DNA of 64,000 bases from Longimicrobiales bacterium. Lineage in GTDB: Bacteria > Gemmatimonadota > Gemmatimonadetes > Longimicrobiales > Gaopeijiaceae. A program made the position numbers and the translations under genes. Shown here in pieces: positions 57,211 through 64,000 of the stretch. The stretch covers positions 864,001 to 928,000 of the forward strand of contig JAWLHJ010000001.1 of assembly GCA_041690395.1 (NCBI GenBank), written 5' to 3'. The notes beneath the pieces were generated by a model. It was given only the letters and a program-made list of their open reading frames with translations, was not told the DNA's origin and made no database searches. Each line of letters opens with the position of its first letter. The first letter of the stretch is position 1.

Positions 57211-57350
57211 ATTCGAACCCACGCGGGCGATCTGCACAGCAGATCGCGTAGCGTGGTTCGAGTCGAGCGGGCCAAGTGGTGATCCGCGCGCAGCGCGCCG
57301 AACGGACAGTCCCGCGACACGGCGAGCGAAGCGAGCCCATCCCACTCCCC
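57211..57350 (+). repeat. single tRNA-Ser(GCT)-linked repeat unit
   Basis: homologous to the 169-bp Ser(GGA) units; ends in ATCCCACTCCC (tRNA 3' copy). Confidence 0.8.
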
Positions 57351-57430
57351 GGCCGGCCGAACCGAGTAGGCTAAACAGACGGATCCACCGACTGGCACGA
57401 ACGTCTCGTGGGCTCGTCCCGGGCGTAGCT

Positions 57431-57514
57431 GGACGGGTGGCCGAGTGGCTTAAGGCGCACGATTGGAAATCGTGTGGGCTCACGCCCGCGTGGGTTCGAA
57501 TCCCACCCCGTCCG
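57431..57514 (+). tRNA. tRNA-Ser(GGA)
   Basis: CACGA-TTGGAAA-TCGTG; long variable arm. Confidence 0.95.
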
Positions 57515-58005
57515 TTTTGAATGAGCAGTAAGGTTCCGAATTCGAACCCACGCGGGCGATCTGCGCAGCAGGTCGCAGAGCGTGGTTCGAGTCGAGCGGG
57601 CCAGGTGGGTAATCGCGCGCAGCGCGCCGAGCGGACAGTCCCGCGACACGGCGAGCAAAGCGAGCCCCATCCCACCCCGTCCGTTTTGAATGAGCAGTAA
57701 GGTTCCGAATTCGAACCCACGCGGGCGATCTGCGCAGCAGGTCGCAGAGCGTGGTTCGAGTCGAGCGGGCCAGGTGGGTAATCGCGCGCAGCGCGCCGAG
57801 CGGACAGTCCCGCGACACGGCGAGCAAAGCGAGCCCCATCCCACCCCGTCCGTTTTGAATGAGCAGTAAGGTTCCGAATTCGAACCCACGCGGGCGATCT
57901 GCGCAGCAGGTCGCAGAGCGTGGTTCGAGTCGAGCGGGCCAGGTGGTGAATCGCGCGCAGCGCGCCCCATCCCACCCCGTCCGTTTTTGATCAGGCAGTA
58001 AGGTT
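57500..58005 (+). repeat. 169-bp tandem repeats carrying the tRNA-Ser(GGA) 3' end
   Basis: ATCCCACCCCGTCCGTTTT at 57500, 57669, 57838, 57969 (periods 169, 169, 131). Confidence 0.95.
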
Positions 58006-58047
58006 GGTACGGCCGAACGGCCCGAACCGTTCGGATCCAGTAGGTCT

Positions 58048-58121
58048 CGGGGCGTGGCTCAGTCCGGTAGAGCGCTGCGTTCGGGTCGCAGAGGTCCCCG
58101 GTTCGAATCCGGGCGCCCCGA
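58048..58121 (+). tRNA. tRNA-Pro(CGG)
   Basis: CTGCG-TTCGGGT-CGCAG. Confidence 0.95.
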
Positions 58122-58470
58122 TTGTTATGCCGCGAATGCGGCCAGGAATGGTATTGCGCCGGGATGAGAACCGCAGGTTCGAGCCGAGGCGCCGAGAGGG
58201 CGGCTCCGCGAAGCGGGCCAAGTAGGTGTTCGCCGAGACGAGCGAGGATCGCGAAGCGACCGGAGCTCAATCCGGGCGCCCCGATTGTTATGCCGCGAAT
58301 GCGGCCAGGAATGGTATTGCGCCGGGATGAGAACCGCAGGTTCGAGCCGAGGCGCCGAGAGGGCGGCTCCGCGAAGCGGGCCAAGTAGGTGTTCGCCGAG
58401 ACGAGCGAGGATCGCGAAGCGACCGGAGCTCCATCCGGGCGCCCCGATTGTTATGCCGCGAATGCGGCCA
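58107..58470 (+). repeat. 163-bp tandem repeats carrying the tRNA-Pro(CGG) 3' end
   Basis: ATCCGGGCGCCCCGATTGTTATGCCGCGAATGCGGCCA at 58107, 58270, 58433. Confidence 0.95.
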
Positions 58471-58597
58471 CACGCATCACCGATGAGCGACCGTCCCCCC
58501 GGGGCGGACCTCGTCGCCCATCACCTGGTATCAGTCCGACGGCCGACCCGACGGTTTCGCGCAAGCCGCCGGTCCACCGTTCGGGCTCGGGCTTTTA

Positions 58598-58679
58598 GGA
58601 GCGCTGGCAGAATGGTAATGCACTCGCCTCGAAAGCGAGCGCCCGAAAGGGCTTGGGGGTTCGAGTCCCTCGCGCTCCG
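58598..58679 (+). tRNA. tRNA-Ser(CGA)
   Basis: CTCGC-CTCGAAA-GCGAG; long variable arm. Confidence 0.9.
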
Positions 58680-58690
58680 TTGAGTGCTTC

Positions 58691-58734
58691 GACGCCCTCC
58701 GGTTCGATCCAGAACCGGAGGGCGTCTCGTTTTT
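58691..58734 (+). terminator. terminator ending tRNA array
   Basis: GACGCCCTCCGGTTC-GATCCA-GAACCGGAGGGCGTC then TCGTTTTT. Confidence 0.75.
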
Positions 58735-58761
58735 CATCTCCCGGATTCCGATCGCCGAGCC

Positions 58762-60084
58762 GTGTCCTCAGTAAAGCCGCTCCACCAGCGGGACATCCTG
58801 TTCTTCTGGCTCCCGCTGGCGGCCACCTGGCTTCTGATGGCGTCGGAGGGGCCGTTCCTTGCGGCGGTCATCGCTCGCCTTCCGGATGCGACGTACAACC
58901 TGGCCGCCCATGGCGTGGCCTTCGCACTGGCGGTGCTGGTCGAGTCGCCGGTGATCATGCTGATGAGCGCCGCCACCGCGTTGGTCCGCGACGAGTCGAG
59001 CTTCACCAAGCTGCGTCGGTTCGGGTGGATGCTGAACCTGCTCGGCACCGTGCTCCTCCTCATCGCCCTGACGCCGGGACCATACCGATGGGTCACCGGG
59101 TCGTTGATGAACCTCCCGCCCGAAGTGGCCGATCTGACATACGGCGCGCTCTGGTTCTACCTGCCGTGGCCCGCGGCCATCGGCTACCGGCGCTTCCTTC
59201 AGGGTGTGATGATCCGGGCGGGCCGTACACGGCTCGTTGCGTACGGCACGGGACTGCGGCTGGGCGCCATGGTCTTCGCCGCGCTCGGGGGGTACTTCCT
59301 TCTGGATATCCCCGGCGCATGGGTCGGCGGGCTCGCGTTGAGCACCGCGGTCACCGTGGAGGCGATCGCCTCCCGCTTCATGGCGGCCGGTACCATTCGG
59401 GAGATACGTGCCGGGGCCTGGAAGCGACCGGACCAGGACCAGGCTCCCCTTCGGTACCGTGACATCGCCTCGTTCTACTATCCGCTCGCCCTCACGTCGC
59501 TGATCGGGCTCTCCGTCCAGCCGATGCTCACGTTCTTCATGGGGAACAGCGTCAGCCCGGTGCAGTCGCTCGCCGTATTCCCAGTGGTGCACGCGCTGGG
59601 GTTCTTTTTCCGGTCCATGGGGTTGGCCTATCAGGACGCCGCGATCGCTCTGATGGGGGATCGACTGGAGCATCTGCCTGATGTCAGCCGCTTCGCGAGC
59701 ACCCTCGGCCTGGCCACCTCCGCGGTGCTCGCCCTCGTGGCGTTCACCCCGCTGTCGGGCGTGTGGTTCGTCACGATCTCGGGGCTGCCCCCGGAGCTCG
59801 CCGCCTTCGCCTTCACACCGACCGCGCTCATCGTGCCCCTTCCGGCGCTCTCCGTCCTCCTCTCCCTCCAGCGCGCGACGCTCGTGCAAGCGCGGCGCAC
59901 GAGGCACATCACGGTCGCCAGCGCGGTCGAGGTGGGTACCGTCGCGGGCGGCTTCATCCTTCTGGGATGGGGGATCGGGCTCGTGGGCGTCACTGCCGCT
60001 TTCGGCGCCTTCCTCCTGGGCCGCACGGCGAGCAACGTCTACCTGTTCGGCGCCTGCCGCCGGGCTCTCGCGGGCCGGCGCTGA
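58762..60084 (+). CDS. MATE/ANKH-like multi-pass membrane transporter
   Basis: FFWLPLAATWLLMASEGP and second-half FYYPLALTS; about 12 hydrophobic segments. Confidence 0.75.
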   Translation: MSSVKPLHQRDILFFWLPLAATWLLMASEGPFLAAVIARLPDATYNLAAHGVAFALAVLVESPVIMLMSAATALVRDESSFTKLRRFGWMLNLLGTVLLLIALTPGPYRWVTGSLMNLPPEVADLTYGALWFYLPWPAAIGYRRFLQGVMIRAGRTRLVAYGTGLRLGAMVFAALGGYFLLDIPGAWVGGLALSTAVTVEAIASRFMAAGTIREIRAGAWKRPDQDQAPLRYRDIASFYYPLALTSLIGLSVQPMLTFFMGNSVSPVQSLAVFPVVHALGFFFRSMGLAYQDAAIALMGDRLEHLPDVSRFASTLGLATSAVLALVAFTPLSGVWFVTISGLPPELAAFAFTPTALIVPLPALSVLLSLQRATLVQARRTRHITVASAVEVGTVAGGFILLGWGIGLVGVTAAFGAFLLGRTASNVYLFGACRRALAGRR

Positions 60085-60109
60085 GAGCGGATCCACCGCT
60101 CCGGGTGTT

Positions 60110-61033
60110 CTAAAGGCGCACCAGCCCCTCGAAGTCGGGACGGACAGAGAACCCGACGCACTCGGCGTCCTCCTCCCCCCCCGCGAACACCTCTCGCATC
60201 GCCTCGGCCACTCGGTCGGCCCCGTCCAGGGCACACAGGGCGATGAGTCCGGACCCTCCGCCCGAGATCGTGACGCCCCACGCGCCGGCTTCGTACGCGG
60301 CCGTGACAGCGCGCCCCGCCTCCGGGATCAGGGTCAGTCGATAGGGGACGTGCAGCTCGTCTTCCATGCCGATGCGGATGAGCTCCGGATCGCCCTGGGC
60401 CAGCCCCTGGAGGAGGCCGACGAGACGTCCGAGCGAAGCCACCGCCGTCCCGTGGGGCACCGTGCGCGGAAGAGCGGCCCGGGCCTCGGCGGTGGCGAGA
60501 GGGGTGGCCGGCGCCGCGTACGCGAAGCCGACCGATTCGGCCAGGGGGAGGGCAAGGACGCGAGGCCCCTCCGCCCCGGGGACGATTGCCCGGAGCCCTC
60601 CGAAGGCGCTCGGTCCGGCGTTGTCGCCATGGCCCTCATGCGTATACGCCGCGCGGAAGCTCGCGAGTCGGTCGATCTCCTTGCCGAGCGCCGCTCGCCC
60701 GAGGTCGTGTCCGGCGATCAATGCGGCTGCGGAGGAGCCGAATCCACGGATGACGGGGATGGACGAGCGGAGGACGAGTCGGCCCGACGGCTTCACCCCG
60801 TGCGCTGCGAGCTCACTTCGGAACGTCTCGGCGACGAGGTCCGGTCCGGGGAAGGCGTCGAGCCGGACGAGCGTACCCTCCCGCTCGACGGTGAGCCGGC
60901 CTGAAGTGTCGGGCGCGAATGTCGCCTCGAGATAGCGGTCGAGCGCGAGCCCGACAGTGTCGAATCCGCTTCCGAGGTTCGACGTGGAGCCGGGGACTCT
61001 CAGGCGTGCTGGCCGAAGCGCCGGCGCGCTCAT
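60110..61033 (-). CDS. thrB: homoserine kinase
   Basis: VPGSTSNLGSGFD, RGFGSSAAA, EGHGDN, ISGGGS. Confidence 0.9.
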   Translation of the reverse strand: MSAPALRPARLRVPGSTSNLGSGFDTVGLALDRYLEATFAPDTSGRLTVEREGTLVRLDAFPGPDLVAETFRSELAAHGVKPSGRLVLRSSIPVIRGFGSSAAALIAGHDLGRAALGKEIDRLASFRAAYTHEGHGDNAGPSAFGGLRAIVPGAEGPRVLALPLAESVGFAYAAPATPLATAEARAALPRTVPHGTAVASLGRLVGLLQGLAQGDPELIRIGMEDELHVPYRLTLIPEAGRAVTAAYEAGAWGVTISGGGSGLIALCALDGADRVAEAMREVFAGGEEDAECVGFSVRPDFEGLVRL

Positions 61034-62334
61034 TTAACGGAGCTCCGGCCGAAGTCGAGCGCTTCCGCCAGCGCGTCCAGCCGAGGGGCGATGTCGATCA
61101 TGTGCTCGTCCTTCTCCATGGCTCGTGCCAAACCGGGAGGGAGCGGTATGTCCCGGCCGATGGCTCGCTCCACGATGTCCGGGAACTTCGCCGGGTGGGC
61201 CGTGCTCAGCACGACCATCGGCGTCTCCGCGCTGCGCTCCCCCGGGGCCGTCTCGGCCACGTGGTAGGCCACCGCGGTGTGCGGATCGAGCACGTATCCC
61301 GCGCGCTCGTAGACACTCGCGATTGTCCGGGCCGTCACCTCGTCGGAGACGGACGCCGCACGGACATCTAGCCGAATCCGTTCGACGTCGCTTCCGTACA
61401 TCCAGAGGATGCGCTCGAGGTTGCTCGGGTCCCCGACATCCATCGCATTCGACGCGGTGTGGACCGATGGACGTGGCTGATGGACCCCTCGCTCGAGGAA
61501 GTCCACGAAGGCCTGATTGACGTTCGTCGCCGCGAGAAAGCCGGAGGCGGGCATCCCGAACCCACGGGCGAGCAGTCCCGCGCAGAGGTTGCCGAGATTA
61601 CCGCACGGGACGGCAAAAGTCGCTCGTCGGTCCTCCCACCCGAGCACACGAGCCGCGTGGACGTAGTACAGTGCCTGAGGCAGGAGCCGACCCACGTTGA
61701 TCGAGTTCGCCGAGGTCCACCGGAAGCGCTCCGAGAGAGCTCGATCCATGAACGCCTCCTTCGCGAGGCGCTGGCAGTCGTCGAACGTGCCGGAGACCGA
61801 GAGCGCGATGACGTTACCGCCCAGCGTCGTCATCTGCCGTCGCTGCCGCTCGCTCACCCCCTCCTTCGGGAATAAGACGGCGACCCGGTAGCCCGGCACG
61901 TCGTGGAAGGCAGCGGCCACCGCGCCCCCGGTATCGCCCGACGTTGCGACCAGGACCGTTCGCTCCCCGTTCGAGGGGAGCAGTCGGGCCATGAGGCGCG
62001 CCATGAACCGGGCTCCCACGTCCTTGAACGCGTGCGTGGGGCCGTGGAATAACTCGAGGACCCATAGGTCGGGCTCGACTTCGACGAGCGGGACGCGAAA
62101 GTCGAACGCTTCCTCGATCGACGCCGTGAGGAGGGACGGGGCCACGCCGGGAATGAGGGTGGGCGCTGCCCAGCGCGCTGTATCCGCGAAGGAAGGATCG
62201 GCCTCCCGGGCAGGTGCCGGGAAGCTTCCGTCGTAGGTCGGGACGTAGAGCCCACCATCGGGCGCGAGCCCCTGCGAGAGGGCATCGGCCAGCGAGGTTC
62301 GGGGCCCCTGGCGGGTGCTGATGAACGAGTCCAT
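61030..62334 (-). CDS. thrC: threonine synthase
   Basis: LELFHGPTHAFKD, ATSGDTG, SANSINVGRL, STAHPAKF. Confidence 0.95.
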   Translation of the reverse strand: MDSFISTRQGPRTSLADALSQGLAPDGGLYVPTYDGSFPAPAREADPSFADTARWAAPTLIPGVAPSLLTASIEEAFDFRVPLVEVEPDLWVLELFHGPTHAFKDVGARFMARLMARLLPSNGERTVLVATSGDTGGAVAAAFHDVPGYRVAVLFPKEGVSERQRRQMTTLGGNVIALSVSGTFDDCQRLAKEAFMDRALSERFRWTSANSINVGRLLPQALYYVHAARVLGWEDRRATFAVPCGNLGNLCAGLLARGFGMPASGFLAATNVNQAFVDFLERGVHQPRPSVHTASNAMDVGDPSNLERILWMYGSDVERIRLDVRAASVSDEVTARTIASVYERAGYVLDPHTAVAYHVAETAPGERSAETPMVVLSTAHPAKFPDIVERAIGRDIPLPPGLARAMEKDEHMIDIAPRLDALAEALDFGRSSVK

Positions 62335-62377
62335 CCAGAAATCTATGCTCGAGTCGGATACCGCGTAGGGGCGATGG

Positions 62378-62416
62378 AAACGACAACGGCCGGCACCCCG
62401 GAAGGTGCCGGCCGTG
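62378..62416 (-). terminator. terminator after histone-like gene
   Basis: ACGGCCGGCACC/GGTGCCGGCCGT stem followed by TGTCGTTT on minus strand. Confidence 0.65.
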
Positions 62417-62446
62417 AGCCGTACGACGGGTCGTTCGCGGGACTGG

Positions 62447-62968
62447 CTACTTCTTCTTCGAAGGGGCCTTCTTCTTGGGCGCGGCCTTCTTCTTCGGCGC
62501 GGCCTTCTTCTTGGGCGCGGCCTTCTTCTTCGGCGCGGCCTTCTTCTTCGGCGCGGCCTTCTTCTTGGGCGCGGCCTTCTTCTTCGGCGCGGCCTTCTTC
62601 TTGGGCGCAGCCTTCTTGCCTACCGAGGGCCCGGCCTTCTTGGCGGCCGTCTTCTTCTTCGGTGCAGCCTTCTTCTTCGGTGCGGCTTTCTTCTTCGGTG
62701 CGGCTTTCTTCTTGGGCGCGGCCTTCTTCTTCGGCGCAGCCTTCTTCTTGGGCGCGGCTTTCTTCTTCGGTGCGGCCTTCTTCTTCGGCGCAGCCTTCTT
62801 CTTCGGCGCAGCCTTCTTCTTCGGCGCAGCCTTCTTCTTGGGCGCGGCCTTGGACCCCGGCGCCTTCTTCAACGGCGGGCGCTTTTTCGCACCGGCTGCT
62901 TTCTTCTTGGTGGCGGCCTTCTTCTTCGGAGCCGCCTTGGCCTTGCTGGACTTCTTCTGGGTCGCCAC
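62447..62968 (-). CDS. histone H1-like Lys/Ala/Pro-rich protein (17 perfect KKKAAP repeats)
   Basis: 18-nt tandem repeat varying at synonymous positions; GGAGG SD before GTG. Confidence 0.85.
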   Translation of the reverse strand: MATQKKSSKAKAAPKKKAATKKKAAGAKKRPPLKKAPGSKAAPKKKAAPKKKAAPKKKAAPKKKAAPKKKAAPKKKAAPKKKAAPKKKAAPKKKAAPKKKAAPKKKTAAKKAGPSVGKKAAPKKKAAPKKKAAPKKKAAPKKKAAPKKKAAPKKKAAPKKKAAPKKKAPSKKK

Positions 62969-63153
62969 GGGAATGCCTCCGACGCTGGGGACTGCAAATG
63001 GAGATACCTCGCTTACGCAGTGTTATCTATACGGTCACCCCATGGGTGCGCAATAGTCCAGCGTATCGCGGATACGAGATGTTGCATACCCACGGCCGTG
63101 GCATACGATATCTTGTGCCTTGCGGTCGGGCTCCATTTTCGTTTCTTCGACGC

Positions 63154-63927
63154 ATGCCGAAAGCCTATACTCCGGACACGTTCAGAGCCGCGTTGATTCG
63201 CCGGGGCGCGGCCGGCCTACGACGCGTGACGTTCCGTCGAAATCGTTCCACCGTATGGTCTTTGACGCAGCGCGGAACGGCGCTCAACCTCCACGAGGCC
63301 TACCGGACCGCGCCATCACACATCCTCGACGCGTTCGCGGTTATCGTGCGGAGTGGAGGCGTCGGGACGAAGGCCTCACGGCATGCCGGGAAGGTCGTGC
63401 TCGCCTGGCCGGAGTTGGTCCGGGCGCTCGAGGAAGTACGCTCCGATGACCACCGTCGTCGCCGGAGGCGGCCGCACCGGTGTTGCGGGACGGACGATCA
63501 GCGCGCGTATCTGCGGGCGCTCTATCGGTACTTCAACCGAACCCGATTCGACGACATGCTTCCCGATGAGATCCCTCTCAGACTCAGCAATCGGATGCGA
63601 TCGTCTCTCGGTCACATGATGCCCGGACGACACCGCAACGGGCATCGCTACGTGGTCGAGATCGCTCTGAATGTCGACCTCCTGCTGTCCGGGAACGGAG
63701 CCGAGCGGGTCGATACCCTGCTGCATGAGATGGCCCACGCCGCCGACTACCTGACTTCCGGCGAGTGCGGACACGGACGGTCGTGGCGGGACTGGGCGCG
63801 ATACGTCGGCTGCCGGCCGACCACCCTCTACGACCGCCCGGTGCGGCGCCGACGGAGCAGGAAAACCGCAGTAACCCGTGTGCCGCCGCTTCCGCCCGCC
63901 CTGCGGAAGGCGCGCCGGGTGGCCTGA
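63154..63927 (+). CDS. SprT-like zinc metalloprotease domain protein
   Basis: FNRTRF, LSNRMRSSLG, TLLHEMAH, GHGRSW. Confidence 0.8.
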   Translation: MPKAYTPDTFRAALIRRGAAGLRRVTFRRNRSTVWSLTQRGTALNLHEAYRTAPSHILDAFAVIVRSGGVGTKASRHAGKVVLAWPELVRALEEVRSDDHRRRRRRPHRCCGTDDQRAYLRALYRYFNRTRFDDMLPDEIPLRLSNRMRSSLGHMMPGRHRNGHRYVVEIALNVDLLLSGNGAERVDTLLHEMAHAADYLTSGECGHGRSWRDWARYVGCRPTTLYDRPVRRRRSRKTAVTRVPPLPPALRKARRVA

Positions 63928-64000
63928 GCGCCCGGCGCGCCTCTCAAGCCGGCCAGAGCCAGCCGAACGCGCCGGCGGTCAGTAGCGCGTATATGAATCC

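Noticed and set aside
57500..58470. CRISPR array
   Set aside because: Units are 163-169-bp near-identical tandem repeats without unique spacers; no cas genes in the window
58598..58679. Selenocysteine tRNA
   Set aside because: Anticodon is CGA (Ser), acceptor stem is 7 bp, and no sel genes are nearby
62335..62446. Thr leader attenuator upstream of thrC
   Set aside because: No Thr/Ile-rich uORF on the minus strand; the hairpin fits a terminator for the histone-like gene
62405..63196. Plus-strand Leu/Arg-, Phe/Ala- and Ser-rich repeat ORFs, and the 62374 extension of the SprT ORF
   Set aside because: Shadow frames of the minus-strand KKKAAP gene, which has an SD and a terminator

Overview
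High-GC bacterial chromosomal window; gene content (ADOP-type permeases with PadR, choice-of-anchor B protein) suggests a Gemmatimonadota/Acidobacteria-like organism, by inference only. It holds about 50 mostly housekeeping or accessory genes, including modABC with its regulator, a MarR-doxX-VOC-dinB operon, dcp, uup, ppc and thrBC. It also has a solitary tRNA-Pro(GGG) with a ~4.5 kb lower-GC cargo encoding a PHP-ATPase (Ppl/TrlF-like) protein, and a 17-gene tRNA array. The most notable unannotated signals are: (1) a leader-peptide attenuator inside the tRNA array whose codons are largely read by the tRNAs encoded downstream; (2) a polycysteine leader peptide with a terminator/antiterminator upstream of a cystine transporter; (3) a family of ~80-nt elements sitting at a GA|AT junction within partial tRNA duplications, forming tRNA-linked tandem repeats; (4) a 346-bp MITE-like element; (5) a membrane-pentapeptide-globin fusion. 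All calls were made by eye; no searches were run.
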